Assembly: GCA_035084275.1 (NCBI GenBank)
Contig: CM068756.1
Span: 1,550,001-1,614,000 of the forward strand
Direction of reading: 5' to 3'
Source: Hydrolagus colliei
Taxonomy: Eukaryota
DNA length: 64,000 bases
Of the stretch, positions 49,174-62,294 are shown piece by piece. Within the stretch, counting starts at the first letter, position 1. The number at the start of each line of letters is the position of its first letter. The notes beneath the pieces are model-generated. The model was not told where the DNA came from. It did not search any database and worked only from the letters and a program-made list of their open reading frames with translations. The position numbers and the translations under genes are program-made.

Positions 49174-49844
49174 GAGATGAGGTGAGGGTGGTGGGGCGGT
49201 GGGGTGGGTTGGGGTGGAAGGGAGAACGAGGACAATTCCGAGAGAATTTGGCTTTTAAAGCGATGATAATGAGAGAATGACAAACATGAAAAGAAAAATA
49301 TGTCCCAGATGTACAGTACAAAGTACGGTCCCTTACGTCTTGGCAGGGTTCTGACTTGCCACAACAATGTGCCCAGTAGGGCTTTCATTTCCTCTGTGCC
49401 TGCACGCTGTGCCCTATTGTTTTCATTCCAGTACAATTAGTACCATGGAAAATGTATTTTCTCCAGTCTAATAGAATATAATTACAATGTTGGAGGGAGC
49501 GACTGTCTCCGTTTTGTACGTGGCATGTGTAGCTACAGCCCTGTATCCTGTGGGTCGTTTCCTTTCACTTGAGCTGCAGCGATGCAGACTCTTTCACTCT
49601 TAGGCTCTTTCAGTTTTAAGCACAGTTTTACGTAATCTGTGAGCAGCTGTTGGCCTTTTATGTGAATACATCTGCAGCAGGTCCTCTGAATTTGCATGTT
49701 CATTGGAAGCTGTGTTCAGTACCATGCCACAGTTTCGAGAGAAGGAGCAAAGTTAAACTCTTATTGACTGTGGGGACCTTTTATTCAACAAATCGCGGAC
49801 AATATCCTCAACTCACCGGCTCATTTTTAAAGTACAGTACGTTG

Positions 49845-50180
49845 TAATAATAAATCCTTGCATTTGGTGTGTCGCCTCGTCTTCGAGACAACAAAAGCCA
49901 ACAACAAAATTACATTTATAGAGCGCCTTTCACATCGGGAGTGGGTCCAAAGGCGCTGAACAGTCAGGGATCGGGACCCAAGCATGGGGTAAGGGGCAGG
50001 GGGGAGGGGCAGGGGGGAGGGGGGAGGGGGCAGGGGGGAGGGGGCAGGGGGGAGGGGGCAGGGGGGAGGGGGCAGGGGCAGGGCAGGGAGGAGGGAGGGT
50101 GGCACAATCGAACAGGACATCCAAAGTGCTTCACAGAATATACGGTAAAGTGAATTGATTGAATATTTTGTGGGCAAAAC
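49845..50180 (-). mobile_element. SINE 3' fragment interrupted by an L2 3' fragment (49891-50119)
   Basis: SINE tail ...CGTCTTCGAGACA is separated from its continuation TCCAAAGTGCTTCACAGAATATAC by an (AAC)n-tailed L2 end homologous to 62680-62930. Confidence 0.75.
49993..50099. repeat. G-rich tandem array (GGGGCAG/GGGGGAG units)
   Basis: More than 12 consecutive G-runs separated by A or CA. Confidence 0.95.
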
Positions 50181-52699
50181 CCACGGAAATCCTAACGTTA
50201 TTTTTTGTTCAGCGTCGGGTTATAAGTATGCTATATATCTATATATATTTATTCATTTATTGTGTCTTTTCATATCCACTTTAAGAAAATACTTAACTCA
50301 GCAATCCTGCAGCAAAATAAAACAATTTTCAGTTTGTGTTATTTATAGTTTCCTCTTTTTTTGCAGAAATAGGATGAAATGGGATAATGGAAGGAGACTG
50401 GCCCAGTCGATGTTGCCAAATAATATTCAGTGAATTTCATCTCTGGACCTTTGTAATTCGGACCACATTGATCTGCTTTGCATCTCATTTGAATTTCTTC
50501 CCGTGGTCGGAACTAAGCTGATCTGAGATGAGCTGAGCTGCCTTTCATTTCAGCGTGAACCCCAGGCTTGAAATTCAGACCCTGGCTTTAAAACAGATGA
50601 TCAGGCAGAAATTTGGAAAACTGTTCAATTCAGTTGTACCGTGGAAGCAATTCTCCCTGCATACAGTTCTCAAATCAGTTTATGACCCCAATCCCTCCTT
50701 TCAGACCCCATAATCTCACTACTTCTCATACCCTCGAACAGCATTCACCTCCGTCCCCACACGAAGAAAGCATTCTCTGATGAGCATGTAGCAATATACC
50801 AAGGGAGGCCAGCCGTCTGATCTGCCTCATCCAGCGGCCTCCATTCAACACAACCAAGGTAGCAACAACAACTTGCATTTCTCGCACCCTTCAGGCAGGA
50901 CAGCATCTTGGATCACTGCACGAGGCTGGGTTTCGACACAGAGCGAGGGAGCAGAAAGAGGAGGTGACCATAGGCAAGAGACTATTGAAATGTCACTCCT
51001 TCTCGTTTTTCCGTTTGAAACCCTCAATCACACTATGATACACATATCTGCGTTGCAAGTGAGAATTTCATTCTTTGTTACGCACACAATCACAAGCATA
51101 TTGTGACTGCTGCTTCTGCCTGTAACGGGGTGCCAATTCAGAGACAATCAAATGGAAACGACACAAGCGACGAGGTCGCATAAGATGCTTTAACACAAAG
51201 GGAGGTTTTCTTCCGTTCATCGGAATGCACGACGGAAAACAAAACATAATCAGCGCTAAATAGAATGCGATGAATTCGACAAATTCAAAAGTCTAGCAAT
51301 AGGGACATCTAATATAGTAAGGGATGGGTGCAACCTAACGCTATCATTTCTAGCCCCGAGAAGAAAGGGTAGAGGGGTGCATATATTATATTTGTGCTAA
51401 CAATGAAAGCTGTGCCTCCATCAAGTGTAAATAAACCTATGGGTTACACATGCAGTATTTAGAATTTCTGATGAGTTTGCACAAATGTCAGTGCAGCATG
51501 CAGATAACCAATCAGCACACAGCTGAGGGGACCTTTAGCCTTTGCTACCTCACCACGACTGTTATCATCCGCAAGAAAAAGTCACTAGACGCTTATTTTA
51601 TCAGACATTTAAGGAATTGGAAGATAACATACAAAAATGAATGACACTTATACAATAAAGAGATAAAATGATAGAGTAGGTAAGAAGCGATTTGGACGGT
51701 TCAGTATTTAACATACAAAGCCCTTTCCGTGACTTTCAACAGTTTGCAGCCATTTTATACAAAAATGTGCTTTTTTGTTATTTATATAAAAAAAACACAA
51801 GCTAATGATTTTCTATGTTTTATCATACTACTAAAAATAACGCTCAGATTGTGATACAGTGCCTTTCAATTCACAGGATATACAGTACTACAAGGAGCAG
51901 TGACTGTGTACTTTGTTGGTGAACAAAAGTTTCTATCTTTCGGTGGGTGGGGAGATAGAGAGGGTGTTTGCTTCAGGACTCACTCATAAACTGTCTCTCT
52001 GATTGGAGAATGCCAAAGCAAGAGTTACTTATCCCGAATACTTCACTCAAGTTTTACAGTAAACAAAGCCGACGAGAAGAGGGAATTTCCCCAAAAAACT
52101 GATGAATTGCGGGCTGGTAAATCTCAGCAGAGGTCATAGTCACAACAACATCCTACGAAGCTTAAAAACGAGAGCGTTCTCACAGACAGTTCTTTTGTAT
52201 TTCTTTGTATTTATTGCTTTTCTCTCAAGCAGGCGCCAAGGCATTGGATGTGGACTTTATTTCAGGTTATCTAGACCTTGAGCAGAATAAGCCCAGCTTC
52301 CTCTGGTGATAAGACAAATGCGTAAGAAGGTTAATGGTTAAAAAAAAGGATGAAGCTGCTTTTTTCGCTATTTTTTTTCTCTCATTAAAAAAAACAAGCG
52401 GGGCTGAACCATGTGAGCAGGCCGCTTCTGTTTGAGTCAGCCATCATGTGGATTGACTTTGCTGAGAACATATAGATACGCGAACATACGTTTTTTTTGT
52501 TTCTGCTGACCACGTTAAAAAAAAACACATACCGAAGGATTTCATTCAACTTATCCTAAATTATTCAAAACTAAAATTGCTTTTTGTTTTATTTAATTCT
52601 CGAATGACCTTTGATATCAAAGTTTCATTTTCTTTAAAATTTAAAAACAGCAAAACAGATAACATCCCGTCGCACGAGGCCGATTCACTTAATTAGTAA

Positions 52700-53080
52700 G
52701 CGGCCATTGCATTATGTTCAATTCCGACTATTTAGTCAAAGCAGAAATGCACTGGCTGCATTCACACGATATCCATAGCATCACTTCTCTCTGGATTAAC
52801 AAGAGAGGACGAATCTGCCACCAGTGTCACAGGGACCAGTGGAGACAGCTGGACACGGGGGAAGCTCGGAAGCTGGGTGCAAATGCAATATTAATGAGAA
52901 TAATGCATTGGGTCATCACATCAGCGCACTGCACTTATTTACCTAATTTGAGCACATTATAAAGGGGGGGGGCGATTGAACAATGGTATTGACCAAAGGG
53001 GTTTGGTTCGTAGAGGTTGACGGAGGAGCAGCGGGAGGTGGATAGCGGAGGAACGAAAACATTAAGGGGTGAAAGCGAGG

Positions 53081-53111
<31 letters not shown>

Positions 53112-53600
53112 CGGGAGGATAAATAAAATAAGGACACCAAGGTCAAAGTGATTCCAAAGCCACCAGACGGCAGCCCTCCCCTGATGCCTGTGGACAACAA
53201 AAAAAGGAAATGACTTTGTAAGGGTTTTTTAATGACTTTCCTGTGCGCAGAGATGACAAGGACTCTAAGGGAGGCCAGATGACAAAAGCGAAGAAATGAA
53301 GTGTGGAGTGTTAGGAGGCAAACAAAAAAAACACACAGAGAAAACCTGCCTGCTTCTCCACCTCATCACTGTCTCCACACCCGGGGTCCGTATTGATTTT
53401 TTTCCAGAGCTGTAATATAGCAGTCATGTAAAACACAAATGGTAAATGTCACACTTTATTTGTTCAAAGGCTCGCGGATTGTTTTTAAAATTAATAATAA
53501 TCCCGACTAATGTTAAATAAGTCTGGAGATGGCGGCTTTATTTTGATGCTGTCTGGGTAGGGCTGTAATGAAGAAAGCTCAGCAGTTGATAATGCATGTG
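52700..53600. promoter_or_regulatory. Putative conserved enhancer cluster (CNE-like)
   Basis: TE-free, complex sequence with many TAAT/ATTA cores, AACAATGG (52979, SOX) and TTCAAAGG (53463, TCF/LEF). Interrupted only by a (GA)n tract. Conservation not tested. Confidence 0.4.
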
Positions 53601-53602
53601 AA

Positions 53603-53675
53603 TATATATATAGATATATATATGATATATATATATGATATATATATATGATATATATATTTATAATATATATAT
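53603..53675. repeat. (TA)n microsatellite with periodic G interruptions
   Basis: ATATATATGATATATATATATGATATATATATATGATATATAT. Confidence 0.95.
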
Positions 53676-54988
53676 TTCTCTACATATATTATCTATACAC
53701 ATATAAATAACATAACACATAGAAAAAGATCCCTCACGGACACAATTGCTCATCCTTCTGATAAAAGATAAAAGAAAAATACACATTTTTCCTATAAATT
53801 GGCTGCTCAGTTTTATTTGCGCAAAGCTGCCTGATCTTAGGTGAAGGAATTGTTTGGCAAGGAGGCTAACTAGGGACTCTCGCTCTCCCTCCTCCCCACA
53901 TACCCTCTAGGTTAGGTTGAGGCAGGCTTGCCTTCAAATCGCTCTTGACCTAATCTGAATAAATAGTGGGTTAAAGGCCAAGTGCTTATACTGTAAAAGG
54001 CTATTTGTGAGCCGAGTGTTGGCCAAAAATCACTTAGGGCTTTGAAATTGTACAACAGGATCCTATTAGATTGTCTAAAATAGTACAAATCCTGCAGGAA
54101 CTGACATTTTGTCCTGCACAGGATCTCAGAAGATTAATTGCCCAACCCCACCCCCCCAGTATGGATCATGTGGGATCCTGTGAGATTTATAAAAAGATAT
54201 GTTTGTACGAAAGCACCTTGGCCAGCGAGTGCTACACAAACAATCTGCCCACCTGCACCCCCCCCCCCCCTCCCAAACCTCCACCGCTCCCCATATTTAA
54301 AAAAAATTATTATTGGGTATTCCCCTGGATTGCAAGTGATGAATATGTTCTAAAAATCAAAGGCTTTTTTTTAAAAAAAAATTCTTTCAAAAAAATAAAA
54401 GGAACCCAAAGGAACCGAAAACAAAGAACAACATAATTCGCGTTCTGCTACTTTGGGAATCACAAACTAATCTTTTCATTCATTGAATTGTCGTGGTCAG
54501 AGTTTGGGATGTGCACCAAACCAATAATGCTTCCCATTGTGTATATGTCTCCAACTGTAAGTCTTTGCTGTGCTATCTACGTTGGTATCTCCGGGGACAT
54601 TGTCCAGGCTACAATCAATTTACCAACATCATCAGTTTCTCACTGTTTCTTTCTCCGAGCCAAGACCACACACGAAGTGTACTGGTATCTACCACTTCCG
54701 CTTTGTCACTTCACTCGCTTTCACTGCCTTACTTTACTTCCCACTTTACTCCACCACTTTACTCAGGCAGCAAACACTACCTTTTGTCATTACTGCACCC
54801 AGGGCTGTCACTCCGAGTGCTTGGCACATTCCCCTGGACTTGTCCCCAGGCCAACCCCTGCTGGTTCTTAGCCCAGTCTGTGACCTCTTGTAGTTCAAGG
54901 CTGAAACGTCCTTTCCAAACAGGATCAGTCTCAAACTAAATTCAAAGCAAAAGAATAATAATGGTAGTCCTTGCAGTTGATAAATTGT

Positions 54989-55306
54989 GGAGTCTTGTAG
55001 CTCAAATGGTTAGAGCACTCTCCTCACAAGCGCAAAACCTGTGTTCGAATCCAGGCAGGCCAGGGCAAAACCTTGGGCAAGTTTTCTTACTCCACACGTC
55101 TAATAATAATCCCTCAAAAAAACCACAACAATAAGATTGGTCATTTCAATCTACAATTGTTTGTGGGATACTGCTGTGCGTAATTGGCTGCCGCGTTTCG
55201 CCCACAAATATACAGTCAATTCACTTTACAGTATACTCAGTGAAGCGCTTTGAGACGTCTAGAAGACGTGAAAAGCGCTATATCAAATGCAACAACTATT
55301 ATTATT
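54989..55306 (+). mobile_element. Full-length tRNA-derived SINE (short subtype; likely SINE2-1_CM-like)
   Basis: A box TAGCTCAAATGG (54998), B box GTTCGAATCC (55043), ACCTTGGGCAAGT, Deu domain TTTGTGGGATACTGCTGTGCGTAATTGGCTGCCGCGTTT, and L2-type tail GTGAAAAGCGCTATATCAAATGCAA ending (ATT)n. The family name is from memory and unverified. Confidence 0.9.
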
Positions 55307-56530
55307 CACTTATCGTGCCCACAAAATACACAGTCTTCGTTGGCATAATACAGTTTGTGTGCAACCCGCTGAACTTGATGTTTATCCTGTAAGTTCAAAC
55401 CTATGAAATGCTTCTGATCCCGAGTAATTCAGACATGCAAACTTGCTCGTGTGTAATTTCCAGTATAAATTGGTGTCCAGACCACTACTACTTCAGAAGT
55501 AAAACACTGGAGGTTCAGCACATATCGACAGGATCAGGGCAGCAATGGAGAGGAACCGGCGATGACAACAAATCATGTTACTGGCTTCATTTGAAAGCAG
55601 CAACAAAGGAGCCTGACAAATTTCACTCTTCCATTAGCAGCCCACCAAGGCACGAGCCAGGAGAGCAAACAAACAGCAGACTCTGCAGTGTGTGGCTCTG
55701 TGGAGATAAATACAGGCATCAAATTGGGCTTTTATATAATGCAGAGCCCTGATGAACTGATGACGATGCTGAAGGCCAAAATAAGGTGGTGCGCGTCAGT
55801 CTTGAAATTCTGCATTTTGACAAACATAAAATATAACAAAGCCCACCCGATTCCTCTCTCCCACATCCCCTCCATTCCCTTCTCTTACAAGCACCTATCC
55901 TGTTGTCTCTTAAATACATCAGTACATTTACTGTAACAGTCGCTTTGGCACTTCCAGAACACCTTCCACTAAATTACTGGTTGAAGCTAAACAACAACAA
56001 CAACATTACATTTCTAGAGTGCCTTTCATGTTGGGAGAACGTCCCAAAACATACACATTATAATTGTGCTTCACAGGCGAGTGTGTCCGATAGTAACCTC
56101 TTCCTCAGCGCACTGTTGAAGTGCTCGCGAGCAGCTGGAAACAAACCCTTCAGTACGTGTTTAAGGTGAGCAGCGTTTCAAGTTTGAATAGGTACTGAGA
56201 GATGGACGTGGCAGAGGCGGCCTGTGTTGCGTTTCCCTTTCACTCATCCTCAGGTGAATACAAACTGATGCCTGCAAGGTGCGAACACGAGTGGAAGAGA
56301 ACAATAGGTGTAAGTGGGCACTTGAGCAATGTGTGCTTAACTACTGAAAAGCGCCACATAATGTTGCTTATCTCCCCCAATGCATCCAAAATATAAAGGC
56401 AAGTGGAAGGATACTTGTTTCAATCAGCAAATGGACAGAGGCCATATTACAGCAAACAGACCGCATGTGAGGATATCATTCAGGTAGCTGCGGTCAACTT
56501 ACCCCTCCCTGAAACTGCCCCCCACCCCAC

Positions 56531-56930
56531 CCAATCAGTAGCATTCTCGTCTTGGAGTCAGCATGCCGTGGGTTCAAGCTCCACAACCGGACTTTGAGCT
56601 CACGGTCTAGGCTGACAAACCTTTTAGGGGAGAACCGCATTGTCAGCAATACCGTCCTCTGGATGAAGCATCAAACCCCAGGGTCCTATGCCTATTTAGA
56701 CGGCTGTTAAAGATCCCATAACACTACTCCAAAAAGAGAAAAGAGTTTCGCTCAGCGTCCGGCCGACAATTCCCCAGATAAAATTGGTCACTCGCTTCTC
56801 GGCTTGGTTTGTGTGACATTGCTGTGTGCAAATTGACTGCTGTGTTCACCCACAAATACGCAGTGACTGCACTTCACTGTAAGTATTGTGTAGCGCTTTG
56901 AGACATCCTCCTGCTGTGAAAGGCGCAAGA
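56531..56930 (+). mobile_element. Near full-length long-subtype Deu SINE
   Basis: GTGGGTTCAAGCTCCAC (B box), TCTAGGCTGACA, TTAAAGATCCCATAACACT, GACATTGCTGTGTGCAAATTGACTGC, AGCGCTTTGAGACATCC...GTGAAAGGCGC. Confidence 0.85.
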
Positions 56931-59747
56931 ATCATTACAAACATACGGTAGTTATAAATCAATTTGTGTTGCTGTTTGCCATACAGGAGTCCTCGCAACC
57001 CCCTCCCCCCCCCCAGGCCCCACCAGCTCAGAGATAGGCTCCGCCACTGTTAAGCGTTCAGAGACGCTGCCGGGCGTGGAGGGTGCAATATAACCGCAAG
57101 TTGTTGTTGTTGTCGCACAAACCTAATGTTTTGCTGTGCATCTATTCCTTCTTTCCAAGGAGCCAAGCACATAGATCTTTTGTCTAAATTTAAAGGAAAA
57201 AAAACAGATGGTGCAGCTTTATGCCAAAGGGTTCATCCACAGACCTAATTCCTTTGTCAAAATAATTTCCACTTTTCCTTCTGCCAGTATTTTTATTCCC
57301 TAATGCTTAACTGCCCAGAGGCAATTTTATTTAAAGGAAATTACCCTTTAATGTGAAACAATTGCCCCAGTCAAGCTGAAACACAACAGATTAAACATAA
57401 TTAGCTAAAACATGAAATCACAATACAACATTAGTAAGAAAAATAATAAAGCGTGCGTGTGAGTGATATTTTATGCATGATGTCCACCTATAGATTCCTG
57501 CCTTGCCAGTGAACGCCGGCTGGAACTCACAGCGCAAAGAAAACACATTTCAAAACCTCTCGATTGGTAATTTTAGACAACCCACAAATAGTAATGTTAG
57601 TCATTTGTTTTACGGGCCTTAAAAACAAACAAAAATCCATGGCACTGAAATGTATTCTTTAAACAGAGTCAAATGTTGGAAAACACATCAAAATATGGGA
57701 GCAATTTGTGCACCGTTGTGTAATTTTGCTTTTCTGCTATGTGTTTCCAGGTTTTCCGACACATTTGGCCAGCGTTACGTTAAGACAATCAGATGTATCC
57801 AGGGCACGTAAGGGCTTCAACACTTAGCTCTTAAAAATAGTTTTAAATCACACTTTAGTTGTTATCATTTACTATGCAAGCGCAGCAGGATAGAAAACAG
57901 GTCCAAATGTAACAAGAGCTTAATTGGTTATTAAAATAAGGGATCCATATCTCGGCAGTGCTGGAATCTGTGCTGGCATTTTCAGAGGTGGATCCATTTC
58001 CCAGCTGGTTTTGCAGACACCGTATCACCAATAGAAGCGTCTCAGTTCTTCACTGTGGCCACTTCCTTGTGAAAGGCTCTCGTGTCTTTCTCCGAGACCG
58101 ACAGGTTACCAGAAGATAAAAGTCTCTCGGTCTCTTTCGATCAGAGCAAACATTTCAAATTCCAGCCACTGAAATTTAACATAGGTTCCATATGTTTGAG
58201 TGGATGCCTTTATAGCACTTGCTGAAAAGTGCTTTGGAGGAGGTAGAGTGTTGGGTGGAAATGCTAAACGAGTTCTTCAGAGGTGTATCATTTTGATTAG
58301 ATTGTCCACTACCCTTTGGAAACTTCCTACAAGTAGCTATCAAGCTCCTCAGTCAAATTGCCCTGGGAGCTGAGTGTATATTCCTTCAGATGTCTAACAA
58401 GCATTGAACACGACCAAGGTTTATAGAGACACAGAAATCAATAGGATGGCTTCCACGAGGCATATAGAGAGATTAGACATCCAGGCAAGCAAAGGCAGAT
58501 GGATAAGAAAAGCCATGACTGAGAATACCCTAACAGGTCTGCAGGTCTGGCAGTGATCCAGCCCAGATAACCTCCACTTGCCCAATGAACCAGATACTGT
58601 GAAAACGTCAAATTTCTACTTTTATTCAGCTGCGCTTGTGGCCTAAAGGGGGGATCAAATTTGGCTACATCTAAATCATTGGGGACTTTTGTGTTACAGC
58701 AGCCGCATGACGAGAAGTGAAAAGGCTTTTGGCAACGGTGTGACATTTTAACCCGGAGACTATTAGATTTCCAATGCATCCACCCTTAGCCTGCTGCTGA
58801 ATCTAGAAGTCTTTTCGTCTATCCTTTTAGCCACCGTCTGTTCTATATTAGGAAATCAGCTACTAATTTAATCCAGACTCTCGTCAATATTAGAATATTA
58901 AATTCTGTGATATAAATCACAACTTGTTGGAAAGTCGAGGCATCAGACAAAAATCTATTAACCCGCGATGCAACAGTGAAAGCCCTGGGTGATTTTGCAC
59001 CACACACCAGCCAGTGCAGAGCTGGGTATTTACTTTATCACCTACGATTAGTTAGAATAAACTCTTCTTTTCCCACCAATATCAGAATAGGCCAAAGTGT
59101 AGAGAAACATACACTGTACAAAGTTCAGTCAAGGCTTGTGGTATCATTTTCCGAGCCCTACAATTCTGAAGAGTTAAAACAAAGGGAGCGGTCGTCACTT
59201 TGAGGCAGCCTTTTCCCATTAGGAAATGAGAGGTCTCGACAAATGGGCTGTTTGCAAAATCGCTCCATAAATTTGTCTGAAAAGCATTTTTTGCATTTTC
59301 AGAAACGACAACTCTTGCAACTTCTCTTTATTCTTGTTTTTCCCCGAATCTCTCATCCCGCACAGGAGTCTGCCAGCGTTAACCACCGTGTAACTGCAGG
59401 CAAGACGGCCAAATGAGAACAGCGTGTGTTTTGAAACAAAGTATTTACCAAACCGCTACGTGACTGTCTCCAATGTACCACAAAACGAATTCCATGGCCA
59501 ACACAGAAGAAATTGGATGATTGTTGGTTTAAGATTCCCCCACGAGGGGATTTCAGCTGGGCTCTCAACAAGCAGGTGAGTCACACACCCAACTCAGCTT
59601 TGCGCACCTCGCAGTGAGATCCTGAGACCCGAAGCAAACTGACTCACACAGTGGAGATGCGTGCCCCTGTGCAAGGACCATCACAGAAGTTCACGAGCAG
59701 TGAATCACCGCGACCACGTTGCACTGTCCTATTGCCTCCTGTTGCTT

Positions 59748-60001
59748 GGCAAAACCTTGGTCAAGTTTCCTTACTCCACAAGCCTAATAATAATGTATCC
59801 CCCAAAAAAACACACAATAATGAAATTGGTCATTTCAATCCACGCATGTTTGTGGGACGCTGCTGTGCGCAATTAGCTGCTGTATTTCGCCCACAGATAT
59901 ACAGTCGATTCACTTTACAGTATATTCTGTGAAGCGCTTTGAGATGTCGATAAGATGTGAAAAGCGCTATATCAAATGCGAGGATTATTATTATTATTAT
60001 T
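59748..60001 (+). mobile_element. Short-subtype SINE lacking the tRNA head
   Basis: Closely matches 55063-55306 from GGCAAAACCTTGGTCAAGTTTCCTTACTCCAC through the (ATT)n tail. Confidence 0.92.
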
Positions 60002-60841
60002 AAAAAGAGCCAACAACCAAACTAACCCGAAGCAGTTGTGGCAAGCTCCATGCAGGTGGTCACTCATTGGAAACTGGGAGATGAACGGGGAAAGAAATGT
60101 GGTGTTTGATGTAATAATCATCGCAGGTGATAACAGTACACATCACACACCACAGCTTACGCAACCAATAAGAGTTCAAATGTCAGAGTGTCAGGTTTTT
60201 GGGCAGTGTTGATTGTTGGGGTTGGACAAGCCACTCGTAGTATTCAGCTTTGATGCTGTAAATCAGAAATATAAAACCACAAATGCTCATCAGCTCAGCC
60301 GGGAAGTGATAGAGAAAGATAGGCAGTGGGGATGGGGGTGGTGTGGGGGGGGTTAATGTTTCACTGCACTGATGGGAGGTCACACCCGAAACATTAACCT
60401 CTTGCTCTCTATCAGATGCCGATTGACCCACTTTCCAGCAGATTCAGTGTTTGTTCCCGTAATGTTTCTTACGTACCACGAATGCTCTTTCAGCACGATC
60501 CCAGCTTGCACCGTTAGAGGATTTTTAAGATTTATTTTCAGCAAAAATAATAAAACACTCATTGTGCAGATACCGAAGAGTCTGTCGGCGCAAAGGAACA
60601 CACCAGCTCAGCTCTTCCAAATAGTTTGTCACTGTATCTCCTCTCGTTGATAAACAAATTCTGCATTAACGCAGGCGCATTTTGAAGATTCTCACCCAGA
60701 CACAAAGTCGCTTAGAAAACACATTGTCCCTTCCCCTTGCTGCCTGCCACTGTGCAGTGCTCCGAAGTGCTATCCTGTGCGAAGGGTGCGAGATAAATTC
60801 AAGTTGCTGCTGCCGCTGTAGATACTGTAAAGAAACGAAGC

Positions 60842-61045
60842 AATCATAATATTCCCTGCACTCACTCGATATAGCAACTTTCACATTGTCTCAAAGCTCT
60901 TGACAGGATTTACTGTGAAGTGTGTTGGCTGTGTATTTTGCGGGCGAACGCTACAGCCAATTTGCACAGAACGAGGTGCTACAAACAGTTGTGGAGTGAA
61001 TGACTGGTTTTATCTGGTAAGAATTGTTGGCCAGGACACTGGGCC
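60842..61045 (-). mobile_element. Deu SINE 3' half
   Basis: GATATAGC...TTTCACATTGTCTCAAAGC...GTGTATTTTGCGGGCGAACGCTACAGCCAATTTGCACAG...TTGTTGGCCAGGACAC. Confidence 0.8.
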
Positions 61046-61799
61046 TGGCTGATGAAGAGTTAAATAGCAATTTCCTCCAGCACCAAACGCCGTCCAGCAT
61101 TACATTTCTGTAAACACATCACTCATCAGGAAATGGCTTACAATATCCTCGCAGACTGACTGATGATTTTTAGATGTAATGTGCCGAATCGGATGGGATG
61201 AGCACTATAAGGGTATATCTCAAACTGGTGTTATTTTACTTACTCCCTAATAATTAGATAGCTACAGGAAATGTCCTCAACTACTGGTAAAGGGATGTCT
61301 GTTAAAAAAAATTAATAAACCACACTAGCTATTCTGCAAAATGCCAAAGCACTGTTTAGTGCCGACCATGTTTTACAGCCACATATTGGGCTAATTTTTA
61401 AATCAATAAGCATTGAATGATATTGATTGGAAAACTTTGTTTAAGATTCAGCCTCTGCCCCAGAATTTCCGGACGACAATAGGATATCGCTTTCGCAACC
61501 CTGCCATGTCGACACTCACCTTTCACCAGCACGCAACGATATCCCCCAACATCAAACACAGTCGGAAGTCACTTCCAACAATTTTGCCATCGAGACAAAT
61601 GTGTGACAAAATCATTTCATCAGAGCGTCTACAAAATGACAAAATGTTGTCGCTTCTTTAATATTGGTGTATTTTAGTGTGGCCACGAGCACACTGTAGG
61701 GTCACTGTTGTGTCTTGTGCCTAATAATTAATCACCTCTGGGGTTAGGTGAGCGTGAAGTGAGAGTTAATCGCTCCGTTCCAACAGGACTTTATTATTG

Positions 61800-61885
61800 C
61801 AGTGCACAGTATACTCCGCAAAGCACTTTGAGACATCTCAAAGACGTGATAGGGCGCTTTATCAAATGCAAGGATTATTATTATT
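61800..61885 (+). mobile_element. SINE 3' tail
   Basis: AAAGCACTTTGAGACATCTCAAAGACGTGATAGGGCGCTTTATCAAATGCAAGGATTATTATTATT. Confidence 0.85.
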
Positions 61886-62294
61886 GTCTTTGATTGGTGG
61901 TATAAATAAGTACAATTAATGTTCATTATAGCAAGCAGCTCATTGCCTGATCTGTGAGCAAGTGGACGTTGACTATGATAGAGAAATTGTTGTGTGTGTG
62001 AGAGAGAGAAGGTGGTAGAGGGGGATGGGTGAGAATGGAGGTTTTTCCTTTGAGAATCTATCTTGTTTTGCTGCTCTGCCTGCCCTTCCTGCCTCCAGCG
62101 ACATAAATCTGCTCCATCTGATAGCAGATGGGCTTTTTAGAAGCTCCGACTGTTCTTTAAGGAAACACTTCTATGAACTCTGGCACAATAAATAACACTA
62201 CCTGTAATATGTCTTTGGAACGGTGTCAAGTCGTGCTGTCCTACAATGCATTTTTATTTTTAACTGCTAAGTACAGTAGATGTATTCCAGGGGA

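Noticed and set aside
54045-54197. Possible MITE with CAGGATCC/GGATCCTG inverted motifs
   Set aside because: The termini are degenerate and no TSD can be identified.
54209-54229. REST/RE1-like site AGCACCTTGGCCAGCG
   Set aside because: The 5' TTC/TC of the left half-site is mismatched; too weak to call without a PWM score.
54989-55062. tRNA gene
   Set aside because: A and B boxes are present, but the sequence runs directly into a SINE body and tail with no acceptor-stem closure or poly-T terminator. It is a SINE head.
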